DNA of 64,000 nt from an uncultured Actinomycetota bacterium (GCA_964616545.1 CAZTUA010000053.1:15061-79060); one strand, 5' to 3'. Counted from the stretch's first letter, positions 49,907 to 60,043 are shown. Program-made: numbers and translations. The notes: generated from the letters alone by a model not told the origin.

Positions 49907-49980
49907 TGGCTGGGGAGGGAGGATTTGAACCTCCGATCACGGGACCAAAACCCGTTGCCTTACCTCTTGGCTACTCCCCA
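49907..49980 (-). tRNA. tRNA-Gln (anticodon TTG)
   Basis: rc reads TGGGGAGTAGCCAAGAGGTAAGGCAACGGGTTTTGGTCCCGTGATCGGAGGTTCAAATCCTCCCTCCCCAGCCA; Gln-type D-arm, anticodon loop TTTTGGT, encoded CCA. Confidence 0.85.
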
Positions 49981-50093
49981 ATAAGGCTAATAAATTTTAT
50001 ATCAGAAACAGCCAAAATTCAAACCTCTAAGGCATATTATTTTAAAATTTTTGATTATGACTCTTAATGTTTCCGGAAACTCATCCGCAAACA

Positions 50094-51011
50094 TTAACCA
50101 TGAATTGTCAGACTACTGGGTGTTGTATGAGTCAGGAAGACTTTTGAAGATGCAGGCCTCAGTCCTTTGTATACACATGTTGCAGTTTTCAAGTCATCAC
50201 AGAAAGCAAAGACAGTCGGACCGCTCCCTGTCATCTGGGAGGCAATTGCTCCCAGTCTGTTGGCCTTTTCTTTGATTATTAATATCTCTTTATCTTCAAT
50301 TGTTACAACTCTTTCAAGGTCATTCTGTAATTTTTTAAAGAAATTACTAAAATCTCTTTCAATTATATTGTTTGCCAGTTCTGTGTGTATTGGCTTTTGT
50401 TCTTCCCCCACAAGATCAAACTTCCCATAAATATCCCGGGATAAAAACTTACCTCCATTTGTAGCCAGTATTATCCAGTAAAAGGGTAGATGCGGTAGTT
50501 CTGAAAGCTTTTCTCCTCTGCCTTCAGCCAGGATTGTTCCGCCTCTTATGCAGAAAGGAACATCAGAACCCACCTTCCCCGCAATATTCATTAAATCAGA
50601 TATTTCCATGTTTAATTCAAACAGTTCGTTCAATGCAACCAGCGTAGCGGCAGCATTTGTACTGCCCCCCGCAAGCCCTGCGCATACAGGAATATGCTTT
50701 TCTATATTAATTTTTACAGAATATCTGCTCCTTAAATCATCCTTATCCAGAATAAGCGCCGCTGCCTTATGAACCAGATTTTTCTCATCAAGCGGAATAT
50801 CTTCATTGTTGCAGGTAATATAAATTCCATTTCTATCCATTGTTTTGGAGATATCATTTTTCTTTTCTATTTCAAAGGTAAGCTCATCAGAAAGGCTTAT
50901 ACTCTGCATAATGGATTTTATTTCATGATAGCCGTCTGTTCTGCCATTTTTTGCAACATTTAGATAAAGATTTATTTTGCCTGAAGCTCTTAATTTTATA
51001 AATTTTCTCAT
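50094..51011 (-). CDS. ispE: 4-diphosphocytidyl-2-C-methyl-D-erythritol kinase
   Basis: 305 aa; GHMP kinase fold, N-terminus KINLYLNV..R.DGYHEI and PxGxGLGGGSTNAA motif. Confidence 0.85.
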   Translation of the reverse strand: MRKFIKLRASGKINLYLNVAKNGRTDGYHEIKSIMQSISLSDELTFEIEKKNDISKTMDRNGIYITCNNEDIPLDEKNLVHKAAALILDKDDLRSRYSVKINIEKHIPVCAGLAGGSTNAAATLVALNELFELNMEISDLMNIAGKVGSDVPFCIRGGTILAEGRGEKLSELPHLPFYWIILATNGGKFLSRDIYGKFDLVGEEQKPIHTELANNIIERDFSNFFKKLQNDLERVVTIEDKEILIIKEKANRLGAIASQMTGSGPTVFAFCDDLKTATCVYKGLRPASSKVFLTHTTPSSLTIHG

Positions 51012-51047
51012 TATTATTCCGCTCTATGATAGCATATTTGCCTTATA

Positions 51048-51926
51048 TTAGATATTCAGTTTTTTATACAGGTAAATATAATCATCAAGAGATAGCTCCT
51101 CTGCTCTTACATCCTTTTTTTTATTAATTCCGGTTAGCAATTTTAATATTAATTCTATTTTATCGCAATATCTACTATCTCTGCCGGACAATGAATTTAC
51201 CATTTTTTTTCTTCTGTGTAAAAAACAGCCATTTATGAAATCAAAAAAATTCCTTATATCAAAATCAGGGCTCCCGGCAAGTTTATTTTCCTTTCTATTC
51301 ACTTCTATAACAACCGAATCCACAAAAGGTTTTGGAATAAAACAGTTCCGTGATATCCCGAAACAATATTTAAATGAGGCAAGGAATTGTGCTTTTATAG
51401 TATAAGAGCTGTAATTTTTATCTCCGGGTGATGCCAGCAGCCTTTCGGCAATGTCTTTCTGGATGGTCAGGAACATTTCTTTTATACTCTTTGCTTCAAG
51501 AAGAATCTTCAGCAAAAGTGTCGCAGCAATGCTATAGGGCAGATTTGATACCACCTTGCTTATCCCGTATCTGGCTGCAACATCTTCGTAATCCAGCTTC
51601 ATTGCATCAGTATGTATTAATTCTATTTTTGGCTTTTTCTCCATTTTTACACCGAATATATCTTTAAATGCTTTAATAAGTGATTTATCTATCTCAACAC
51701 ATACAACTCTCTTTGCGGCTGCAAGTATAATTTCGGTAAGACTGCCTATACCGCTTCCTATCTCCAGAATAATATCATTAGAACCAACTCCTGCACACTT
51801 TATTATCTTTTTAGCGCTGTTGGTATCAATCAGAAAATTCTGACCGAGCCTTTTTTTAAGCCTTATATCATATTCACTTAAAATTCTGGCAGTATTTCCC
51901 GGAGAGCTTATGTAATTTGAATGCAT
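51048..51926 (-). CDS. rsmA: 16S rRNA (adenine1518/1519-N6)-dimethyltransferase RsmA/KsgA
   Basis: 292 aa; LGQNFLID and EIGSGIGSLT SAM-binding motifs. Confidence 0.9.
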   Translation of the reverse strand: MHSNYISSPGNTARILSEYDIRLKKRLGQNFLIDTNSAKKIIKCAGVGSNDIILEIGSGIGSLTEIILAAAKRVVCVEIDKSLIKAFKDIFGVKMEKKPKIELIHTDAMKLDYEDVAARYGISKVVSNLPYSIAATLLLKILLEAKSIKEMFLTIQKDIAERLLASPGDKNYSSYTIKAQFLASFKYCFGISRNCFIPKPFVDSVVIEVNRKENKLAGSPDFDIRNFFDFINGCFLHRRKKMVNSLSGRDSRYCDKIELILKLLTGINKKKDVRAEELSLDDYIYLYKKLNI

Positions 51927-51941
51927 TTTATAAAATTTATT

Positions 51942-52760
51942 TTATTTTAAAGAAAAGAATTCTTCCGCATTTTTTGAAGTAATATCTGCAATTTCATCAA
52001 TGCTTAGATTTTTAATCTCTGCAATCTTTTCAGCAACATATTTAACAAAACCAGGATAATTTTCCCTGCCCCTTTTCGCCTGAGGGGCCAGAAACGGTGA
52101 ATCAGTTTCTATAAATATCCTCTCAAGAGGGACTTTTTCAACTACCTTAATTAAATCGCGGGCATTGGGGAAAGTAATTACACCCGTAAATGAAATATAC
52201 AACCCCAGTTCAAGACATTGCCTGGCAAAATTGATGTCTCCGGAAAAACAATGCACAACAGCTCTAAAATTTTTTTTACCTGCATATTTTTTTACAGCAT
52301 CAAGAGTTTCCCTGTGGGCATCCCTATCATGAATTATTACCGGTATATTATATTTTAAAGCCATCTCTATCTGGGAGATAAATGCTTTCTCCATGTCTTT
52401 TTTTGGACTCAAATTTCTGTAAAAGTCAAAACCTGTCTCACCTATTGCCACGACTCTTTCATATTTTTTATCTTTGCTGCCATCGCTATTTGTCAGGCCT
52501 CCAGATTCCCCCTGTACCAGTGACTCAAGTATTTTTACTTCTCTGTCTCCAAAGTCTTTAACATAGTGGGGGTGAATTCCGACACTTGCAAAAACATTTG
52601 CAAACCTTCCGGCAAATTCTACTGATTTTCTGCTGCCTTCGAGACTTGAGCCTACATTTATTATATACCTTACGCCTTCGCTTTCTGATTGTGCCACCGC
52701 CTCTTCCGGGGTTAATTTCTTTAGCATATCTATATGGGCATGAGTATCTATAAAATACAT
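51942..52760 (-). CDS. tatD: TatD-family metal-dependent DNase/hydrolase (YabD-like)
   Basis: 272 aa; N-terminal FIDTHAHID and internal HCFSG motifs; conserved position next to metG. Confidence 0.85.
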   Translation of the reverse strand: MYFIDTHAHIDMLKKLTPEEAVAQSESEGVRYIINVGSSLEGSRKSVEFAGRFANVFASVGIHPHYVKDFGDREVKILESLVQGESGGLTNSDGSKDKKYERVVAIGETGFDFYRNLSPKKDMEKAFISQIEMALKYNIPVIIHDRDAHRETLDAVKKYAGKKNFRAVVHCFSGDINFARQCLELGLYISFTGVITFPNARDLIKVVEKVPLERIFIETDSPFLAPQAKRGRENYPGFVKYVAEKIAEIKNLSIDEIADITSKNAEEFFSLK

Positions 52761-52821
52761 GTTCTTATCCTTAAGGTTCTTATTTTAGAATAGTGATTAC
52801 CTGTTTTATTTAATTACTGAA

Positions 52822-54360
52822 CTACTTATTTTCATTTATCCTGGGGAAAAGTATCTCTCTGCGGCCAACTTTTGTTCCGCCTTCAAATTTACCCCACTCG
52901 CCATCTTGTTTAATAGCTATTTCTTCAATACTCTTATTTATGCCAATCTGGGTAAAAATCTTCTGGCATGTTGAAGGCATAAAAGGCACCAGCAAAATAG
53001 CAGACAGCCTTATTATCTCTACTGCTTCATAGAGCACTGCATCAAGTTTTTTACGGTTCTCTTCATTTTCATTTTTTACAAGGTTCCAGGGCTGGCTATC
53101 TTCAATATGCTTGTTGGCCATATTTATAAATTCCCAGACTTTTATAAGATAATCCGGGAATTTGAAATCGCTCATATATCCGGCGGCCTCTTTTTTTATC
53201 TCGCACCATTTTTCCTTGAAAACCGGATTTAAAGTTCTGGCAGGTATTACACCATCCCGGTATTTTTCTATCATTGCAAGGGTTCTGGAAACGAGATTAC
53301 CTATATCATTGCTCAGGTCTGAATTATACCTTCTAATAAAAGCGTCATCTGTAAAAGAACCATCCTGCCCGAATGAAATTTCGCGGGTAAGGAAATATCT
53401 TATACCGTCTACACCATATTTTTCTAACATATCATCCGGGTCAAGGGTAATGCCCTTGGATTTTGACAATTTTTCCTCCCCCATTAAAAGCCAGCCATGC
53501 ACCACAATATGTTCGGGAAGCTCTATGCCAAGCGACATCAATATAGCCGGCCAGATTATGGCATGAAACTTTAATATATCCTTTCCTATATGGTGCTGGT
53601 TGGCAGGCCAGTAGCGCTTGAATAGCTCATCTTGTCCCGAGCTGTAACCAAGAGCAGAAATATAATTTATCAGAGCATCCACCCACACATAGCAATAGTG
53701 GCCCGGGTCAAAAGGTATGGGCACTCCCCATTTGACTGCTGTTCTTGAAATGCTGATATCCTTAAGTCCCTGTTTTAGAATTCCCATCACTTCGTTTTTT
53801 CTGGTTTCCGGGATAATAAAGCCGGGGTTATCTTCAATATGTTTTATTATTTTTTCTTCATATTTAGATAATTTGAAGAAATAATTTTCTTCTTTTACAT
53901 TCTCTACATCCCTCCTGCAGTCCGGACACTTACCATCTATAAGCTGGGAGTCCGTAAAAAATGTTTCGCAGGGTACGCAATATTTTCCTTCGTAAACACT
54001 TTTATAGAGGTCGTCATTATCTTTTAGTTTTGCAAGTATCTTCTGGACTATTGTCTCATGATTCTTTTCTGTTGTTCTTATGTATAAATCATTGCTGATG
54101 TTATATAACTTTAAAAGCCTTTTCATGTCATCAGTCATAATGTCAACATATGCCTGTGGAGACATTCCTTTTTCCTGCGCGCTTTTATTTATTTTCTGCC
54201 CGTGTTCATCGGCACCTGTTAAAAAAAGAGTATCCCTTCCTGATAATCTGTGGAAACGTGCCACAACATCTGTCAGTATAAATTCATATACCTGTCCCAG
54301 ATGGAGTTTTGCATTCATATACGGGATTGCGGTTGTGATATAAAATTTTTCCTTATTCAA
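52822..54360 (-). CDS. metG: Methionine--tRNA ligase (short form without C-terminal tRNA-binding domain)
   Basis: 512 aa; class I HLGQ (HIGH-type) and KLSKS (KMSKS) motifs, zinc knuckle CPDC. Confidence 0.9.
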   Translation of the reverse strand: MNKEKFYITTAIPYMNAKLHLGQVYEFILTDVVARFHRLSGRDTLFLTGADEHGQKINKSAQEKGMSPQAYVDIMTDDMKRLLKLYNISNDLYIRTTEKNHETIVQKILAKLKDNDDLYKSVYEGKYCVPCETFFTDSQLIDGKCPDCRRDVENVKEENYFFKLSKYEEKIIKHIEDNPGFIIPETRKNEVMGILKQGLKDISISRTAVKWGVPIPFDPGHYCYVWVDALINYISALGYSSGQDELFKRYWPANQHHIGKDILKFHAIIWPAILMSLGIELPEHIVVHGWLLMGEEKLSKSKGITLDPDDMLEKYGVDGIRYFLTREISFGQDGSFTDDAFIRRYNSDLSNDIGNLVSRTLAMIEKYRDGVIPARTLNPVFKEKWCEIKKEAAGYMSDFKFPDYLIKVWEFINMANKHIEDSQPWNLVKNENEENRKKLDAVLYEAVEIIRLSAILLVPFMPSTCQKIFTQIGINKSIEEIAIKQDGEWGKFEGGTKVGRREILFPRINENK

Positions 54361-54450
54361 TTTAAACCTCTGTAAATACTTTCTTTTTAATTTTTAATTT
54401 TATTATTCTTTTAATAGTTTTCTATTATTTTACCGGATTGAAATATCATC

Positions 54451-55281
54451 TTAAATTTTTGTTGAAATATTATACAATCTTTGCTTATCTATGTCATACC
54501 TTGACTGTATTATCTTAAGGGCATTTTTTTTGACAATACCCTCTTTTAACAAACGGATTATTTCATTTGCTATATCTTCATCGGTGAAATTCTTTATAAG
54601 TTCCTTTCTGTACCCTTCAACAACAAGGACTATCTCTCCCTTTACTTTTTTGGCTCTTATCCGTCCCAGGATGTTGCTTAAATTTCCTCTAATTGCTTCC
54701 TCGTATATTTTTGAAATTTCCCTTACAAGGGCTGCTCTCCTGTCTCCGGATATCTCAATAATTTCAGAAATTAATTTCTCAATCCTTGCAGGTGATTCAT
54801 AAAAGATTAGAGTATATGGCAGCAGAGCAAGTTCCCGGAGCTTATTTTTTCTTTTAGATTTTCCCTTTGGGAGGAAGCCGGCAAATACAAAATTATCGGT
54901 GGGGAGTCCCGATAGGACAATGGCGCTTATCGCAGCATTGGGCCCCGGTATTATCGTAAGTGGAATATCATTTTTTATGCACTCTTTTATGATTTTAAAC
55001 CCCGGGTCCTGAACTGCCGGTACCCCGGATTCTGATACAAAAGCAACGTTTTTCCCTGCATCAAGCTCGCCTATTATATAGCCAATTCTTCTCTCTCTAT
55101 TATGATCGTTATAGCTTATTATATCTTTTTTTAGAATACTGTACCTCAGGAGCAGTTTCTTTATTGTCCTGGTATCTTCTGCAACAATTAAATCAGCTTC
55201 CTTCAGTGTCCGTACAAGCCTGAAACTTGCATCCTCAAGGTTTCCGATTGGAGTTGCACATATGTAAAAAGTACCGCTAAT
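54451..55281 (-). CDS. rsmI: 16S rRNA (cytidine1402-2'-O)-methyltransferase RsmI; apparent ATT start, no in-frame ATG/GTG/TTG
   Basis: Not in ORF track. Minus-strand frame open from 55314 to stop at 54451-54453 translates (M)ISGTFYICATPIGNLEDASFRLVRTLKEADLIVAEDTRTIKKLLL...GKNVAFVSESGVPAVQDPGF...LVRELTKIYEE..., a full-length TP-methylase fold (TPIGNLED block matches RsmI) in the conserved position upstream of metG; start assigned to ATT 55279-55281 preceded by GGGG + 5 nt. Confidence 0.7.
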   Translation of the reverse strand: MSGTFYICATPIGNLEDASFRLVRTLKEADLIVAEDTRTIKKLLLRYSILKKDIISYNDHNRERRIGYIIGELDAGKNVAFVSESGVPAVQDPGFKIIKECIKNDIPLTIIPGPNAAISAIVLSGLPTDNFVFAGFLPKGKSKRKNKLRELALLPYTLIFYESPARIEKLISEIIEISGDRRAALVREISKIYEEAIRGNLSNILGRIRAKKVKGEIVLVVEGYRKELIKNFTDEDIANEIIRLLKEGIVKKNALKIIQSRYDIDKQRLYNISTKI

Positions 55282-55309
55282 TTTTACCCCGCAATAATGG
55301 TCTCTATTT

Positions 55310-55810
55310 TTATTTTATTTCTTCAAATACTTCTTCTGGGTTGCCGCACACAGGGCATTTCCCCGGTGCTTCACCCTCTACTGTATTCCCGCAGACCCCG
55401 CATACAAATATGGGTGTATCAGGATTATTTCCGAGGTTTTCCAGGTATTTCTTATAAAGACCGGCGTGTATTTTTTCTACTTTATTTGCATAAGTAAAAC
55501 TTATTTTTGCTTCATTTTTATTTTCATTTCTGGCATCCTCAATCATTTGCGGATACATCTTTTCAAATTCAAATGTCTCACCATCAATTGCTTCTTTTAA
55601 ATTTTGACCTGTTGACTTAACTCCGTCCATTGCATTCAGGTGATTTAATGCATGAACAGTCTCCGCTTCTGCGGCAGCCCGAAATAATTTTGCCACCTGA
55701 TGATAGCCCTCCTGTTCAGCTTTTTCTGCAAAAGCCACATATTTTCTATTTGCCTGAGATTCTCCTGCAAAAGCATCCATCAAATTTTTTATAGTATTAT
55801 CGCCTGCCAT
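55310..55810 (-). CDS. Rubrerythrin (ferritin-like diiron domain + C-terminal rubredoxin-like CxxC..CxxC)
   Basis: 166 aa; ExxH diiron ligands and C-terminal CGVCGN...CPVCGNP; GGAGG RBS. Confidence 0.85.
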   Translation of the reverse strand: MAGDNTIKNLMDAFAGESQANRKYVAFAEKAEQEGYHQVAKLFRAAAEAETVHALNHLNAMDGVKSTGQNLKEAIDGETFEFEKMYPQMIEDARNENKNEAKISFTYANKVEKIHAGLYKKYLENLGNNPDTPIFVCGVCGNTVEGEAPGKCPVCGNPEEVFEEIK

Positions 55811-55949
55811 ATTTTCTCCTCCCGCTTATTAACAAATTTACGTATTTCTATCTCTATATTCTATTCTTTTATATAATAATTGTTATCACTAATCAAATAA
55901 ATTCAATCAAAACTTGAAAAAAAACCTATATTGGGTCAAAATTTAATAC

Positions 55950-56969
55950 ATGAAGTTTAAAAATTCACCTCAATTTCCCAGAAGAATTGTTGTATCTATA
56001 ATTATTTTGATTCTGATTTATTTTCTCGGCTCTTTCGGGTATATGCTAATTGAGGATATGTCCTTTCTGGATTCCCTTTTTATGACCACCATAACCATAA
56101 CCACCGTTGGTTATCAACTGGTAAAACCATTATCGGCAGCAGGGACAATATACACCATTATTCTGGTGTTAATAGGTACAGGTACAGCAGCCTATATTTT
56201 AATAAATCTGGTAGACTTTGTACTGAGTGAATTTTTTTTTGGAAGAATAGAAAAAAGAAGGAAGATAAAAATGATTTCAAAACTAAAAAACCATTATATA
56301 ATCTGCGGACTTGGAAGAGTGGGATTTGAAATTGCCAGTGATCTGGCAGAAAATAACGTTGAATTTCTGGTTATTGATAAAGCTGACGGGCCCATTGAAA
56401 CTGCAAAACAGCATAACTGGCTGTATGTTCAGGGAGATGCATCCAATGACGAAACACTGATGGAAGCACGGATAACTCATGCCAGATGTTTATTTGCCGC
56501 CCTGGATACAGATGCAGAAAATGTTTACATAACACTTTCTGCTAAATCATTAAATCCTTCAATTCTTGTAGTGGCAAGGGCAATAGTCCATGAAACTATC
56601 AGTAAACTGGAAAAAGCAGGAGCAGATAAGGTTGTCTCACCCCAGATTATCGGTGGAAGAAGAATGGCATCCATGGCTCTCCAGCCTTCAATATGCGATT
56701 TCCTGGATACCATAATGAAAACAGAGGAAAGCGAAATTAGACTGGCTGAAATTGAAATTAAAAAAAACAGCCGGATAGATGGTATAAGCATAAGAGAAGC
56801 CGGGGGGAAATTCGGTATTGAAACTCTCATCGTTTCTGTTATTGAAGAGGGCGAAAAAATTTCAGTTAAAAAAGCAAGCGGCGATACAGAAATGAAAAGC
56901 GGCCACAGGATAATTGCCATAGGGACAGGAGATCAAATACGTCATCTTACAGATCTTGCTGCCAGATAG
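55950..56969 (+). CDS. Two-TM potassium-channel-like protein with cytoplasmic RCK (TrkA-N/TrkA-C) domains; atypical filter TTVGYQ
   Basis: 339 aa; pore helix + filter-like TITTVGYQL, Rossmann IICGLGRVGFEIASDL (TrkA-N), C-terminal TrkA-C. Confidence 0.75.
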   Translation: MKFKNSPQFPRRIVVSIIILILIYFLGSFGYMLIEDMSFLDSLFMTTITITTVGYQLVKPLSAAGTIYTIILVLIGTGTAAYILINLVDFVLSEFFFGRIEKRRKIKMISKLKNHYIICGLGRVGFEIASDLAENNVEFLVIDKADGPIETAKQHNWLYVQGDASNDETLMEARITHARCLFAALDTDAENVYITLSAKSLNPSILVVARAIVHETISKLEKAGADKVVSPQIIGGRRMASMALQPSICDFLDTIMKTEESEIRLAEIEIKKNSRIDGISIREAGGKFGIETLIVSVIEEGEKISVKKASGDTEMKSGHRIIAIGTGDQIRHLTDLAAR

Positions 56970-57098
56970 ATGCAGGTATTAATTATTAAACCGGTATTTT
57001 ATTCTCTGACTTTATTGACCATATAAAAATTTTCACAAAGTAAGTTTAAATGACTTTAATAAATAAATAAATTTAAAATCATACAAACGGGTGTTATT

Positions 57099-58322
57099 AT
57101 GAATCGGGATAAACTGGAAAAATGCCTCTCTCAGATTGAAAAAGAATTAAAAACAAATATACTCCCCTTCTGGGCATACAAAACCCCTGACGAAGAAAAT
57201 GGCGGATATCATGGATTAATTTTAAATGATTTAACCATTGACACCCATGCCCCAAAAGGCTCTGTTCTCTGTTCCAGAATCCTGTGGACTTTTTCCCGCG
57301 CCCATGCCATATTTGGAGATAAACTCTATCTGGACCGCGCAGTCCGTGCCTACAGGTACCTGATTGATAACTTCATAGATAAGATTTATGGCGGTGTATA
57401 CTGGACTGTTGACTATAAGGGGAAACCATTAGAGACAAAAAAACAGATATATGCCCAGGCTTTTGCCGTGTATGCACTTTCGGAGTATTATAATGCATCA
57501 GGCTCCGATGAAGCTCTGGGTCTTGCAAAAGATATTTTCCACCTGATAGAAAAATTCGGTTTTGAAGAGCAGTATGGCGGCTACTATGATGCATGCAGAC
57601 GCGATTGGTCACCGGCTTCTGACATGAAGCTGGGGAAAGAAGATATGAATGCTCCCAAGACAATGAATACCAGCCTGCATATCCTGGAAGCATACACAAA
57701 TCTTATCCGCCACTGGGATAACCGGTACCTTCGCGGCCAGTTAAAAGACCTGATAAATGTTATCACCGCACATATTTTAGATTCTTCAACCTACCACTTT
57801 AAGCTTTTTTTTAACAGAGAGTGGAAGAGCCTTTCGGATATCATTTCTTACGGCCATGATATAGAAGGCAGCTGGCTTTTGCTGGAAGCTGCGGATGTAC
57901 TGGGTGAAAAGCCTCTAATAGAGACCATTAAAAAAATTTCCGTTAGGATGGCAGAAGTTACTTTTAAAGAGGGAATTGCCCCTGATGGCGGGCTGTACTA
58001 TGAAGGCAGCCGGAAGGGTGCGACCAAGTTAAACACTGACTGGTGGCCCCAGGCAGAAGCTGTGGTGGGGTTTTTAAATGCATACCAGCTCAGTGGCAGG
58101 GAATATTTCTTAAAAGCATCTCTTGATAGCTGGGATTTTATAATGGAGTTTCTTATAGATAAAAAGTATGGTGAATGGTTCTGGTCAGTAGATAAAAACA
58201 GAAAAGTAAATCAGAAACTCGAAAAAGTTGGCCCCTGGAAATGTCCATATCATAATGCTCGTGCCTGTATAGAGGCCGGAGGGAGATTGAGCAATATCAT
58301 TAATTCGCATAATATTACTTAA
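57099..58322 (+). CDS. N-acylglucosamine 2-epimerase (AGE) family protein, cellobiose/mannobiose 2-epimerase-like
   Basis: 407 aa (alpha/alpha)6 barrel protein; AGE-family blocks (ILPFWA, QAFAVYALSEYY, catalytic His contexts); upstream of GH130 gene. Confidence 0.75.
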   Translation: MNRDKLEKCLSQIEKELKTNILPFWAYKTPDEENGGYHGLILNDLTIDTHAPKGSVLCSRILWTFSRAHAIFGDKLYLDRAVRAYRYLIDNFIDKIYGGVYWTVDYKGKPLETKKQIYAQAFAVYALSEYYNASGSDEALGLAKDIFHLIEKFGFEEQYGGYYDACRRDWSPASDMKLGKEDMNAPKTMNTSLHILEAYTNLIRHWDNRYLRGQLKDLINVITAHILDSSTYHFKLFFNREWKSLSDIISYGHDIEGSWLLLEAADVLGEKPLIETIKKISVRMAEVTFKEGIAPDGGLYYEGSRKGATKLNTDWWPQAEAVVGFLNAYQLSGREYFLKASLDSWDFIMEFLIDKKYGEWFWSVDKNRKVNQKLEKVGPWKCPYHNARACIEAGGRLSNIINSHNIT

Positions 58323-58369
58323 TTTAACAATTTCTACAGCTTCAATTAATAAATAAGCTGGAGGCAACA

Positions 58370-59362
58370 ATGATTAAAAACAGTCAGACAATCATCGGTT
58401 CCGGACTGCCCAATATTCCCTGGGAAGATAAACCCGCAGGTCTCAGGGATGTGGTGTGGCGCTATACAAAAAATCCTATAATACCGAGGGACCTTATACC
58501 TTCATCCAATAGTATCTTTAACAGTGCTGTTGTGCCATTCAAAGGAGAATTTGCAGGAGTTTTCCGCTGCGACGACAGAAGACGCTTCATGCAGATTCAC
58601 AGCGGCAGGAGCAAAGACGGTATTAACTGGGAGATAAAAAACCGGCGTATTTCATTTATCTGTGACGACTCCGAAATATCAGAATTTGTTTACAGCTATG
58701 ACCCCCGTGTCTGCTGGATTGAAGATAGATATTATATTACATGGTGTAATGGGTACCACGGTCCTACAATAGGAGTGGGGTATACATACGACTTTGAGAA
58801 ATTTTACCAGATGGAGAATGCATTCCTTCCTTTTAACAGGAACGGGGTATTGTTCCCCAGGAAAATAAAAGGCAAATATGCTATGCTCAGCCGTCCGAGC
58901 GATAACGGGCATACGCCATTTGGTGATATTTTTTACAGTGAAAGCCCTGATATGTGCCACTGGGGTAAACACCGGCATGTTATGTCCCCGAGGGGCAGGT
59001 GGGAAAGCACCAAGATAGGAGCCGGGCCGACGCCTATTGAAACAACTGAAGGATGGCTCCTTATTTATCACGGTGTTCTGACTTCGTGTAACGGGTTCCA
59101 GTACAGTATGGGCGGGGCCATACTTGATATTGATGAGCCCTGGAAAGTATTATACAGAGCAGAACCATATTTGCTTGCACCTGTAAAGCTTTATGAGTGT
59201 GTGGGAGATACTCCAAATGTTGCATTCCCCTGCGCTGCTCTATGTGATGCCCCGACAGGACGCATAGCTATATATTATGGGGGTGCCGACACCGTTACAT
59301 GCCTTGCATTTACACAGGTGGATGAACTTATTGAATTTATTAAATCAAATTCAGTTGTGTGA
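58370..59362 (+). CDS. Glycoside hydrolase family 130 phosphorylase (4-O-beta-D-mannosyl-D-glucose phosphorylase-like)
   Basis: 330 aa beta-propeller; GH130 blocks [42 protein letters not shown]. Confidence 0.75.
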   Translation: MIKNSQTIIGSGLPNIPWEDKPAGLRDVVWRYTKNPIIPRDLIPSSNSIFNSAVVPFKGEFAGVFRCDDRRRFMQIHSGRSKDGINWEIKNRRISFICDDSEISEFVYSYDPRVCWIEDRYYITWCNGYHGPTIGVGYTYDFEKFYQMENAFLPFNRNGVLFPRKIKGKYAMLSRPSDNGHTPFGDIFYSESPDMCHWGKHRHVMSPRGRWESTKIGAGPTPIETTEGWLLIYHGVLTSCNGFQYSMGGAILDIDEPWKVLYRAEPYLLAPVKLYECVGDTPNVAFPCAALCDAPTGRIAIYYGGADTVTCLAFTQVDELIEFIKSNSVV

Positions 59363-59374
59363 TTAGAGAAATTG

Positions 59375-60043
59375 TTACAGGCCGTCATAAAAAACCGTAT
59401 AATCGCCGCTTGAAAAATACCGTACTCTTTCTCCTATATTTACAGACTGGTCGCCAATTCTTTCCAGATACCTGCTTGCAAGTACGATATTGGTCACAAA
59501 CTTTATGTCCCTGTTGCTTCTACGGTAAGAAAATAATTTATCGAGAATCATGCCCTGAATCGTATTTACCATGCTGTCTGATTTTCCCAATTTAGAAGCC
59601 AGTTTTGCATCCCTGTTTTTAAATGATTCAATGGCTCCGTTAAGTTCTGATTTAACAAGATTTCCCATCTCGTTAAAAAGGTTCATTATTTCCTTATCAA
59701 GATGTCTTCTTTCCTCGCCGGCCAGCCTTATTGCAATCCTGGAAATATTAACTGACAGGTCGCCAATCCTCTCCAGATATTTTATGATTATACTTATAGA
59801 ATGCAGGTATCTTAAATCCTTAGCCACGGGCTGGTGCTCTGCCTGCAGAATTATGCATTTTCCCTCAATTAAGATATCATACTCATTAATCTTTTCATCC
59901 CTGTTTATAACTTTCTGCGCTATTTCTGTGTTCATTTCTATTAAAGCCTGCAGTGCACCATAGACCGCTTCCTGCACCAGGCCAGCCATTAATATAACAT
60001 CCTGATTAATCTCTTTTAACCTATCATGAAATGTTTTTCTCAC
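59375..60043 (-). CDS. phoU: Phosphate signalling protein PhoU (paralog 2, pst-linked)
   Basis: 222 aa; ~60% identical by eye to the PhoU at 41796-42467; directly follows pstA. Confidence 0.85.
   Translation of the reverse strand: MRKTFHDRLKEINQDVILMAGLVQEAVYGALQALIEMNTEIAQKVINRDEKINEYDILIEGKCIILQAEHQPVAKDLRYLHSISIIIKYLERIGDLSVNISRIAIRLAGEERRHLDKEIMNLFNEMGNLVKSELNGAIESFKNRDAKLASKLGKSDSMVNTIQGMILDKLFSYRRSNRDIKFVTNIVLASRYLERIGDQSVNIGERVRYFSSGDYTVFYDGL

Noticed and set aside
50069-50080. Perfect 12-nt palindrome GTTTCCGGAAAC just downstream of ispE
   Set aside because: Too short and with no loop to be an intrinsic terminator, and no adjacent T-run. Likely coincidental.
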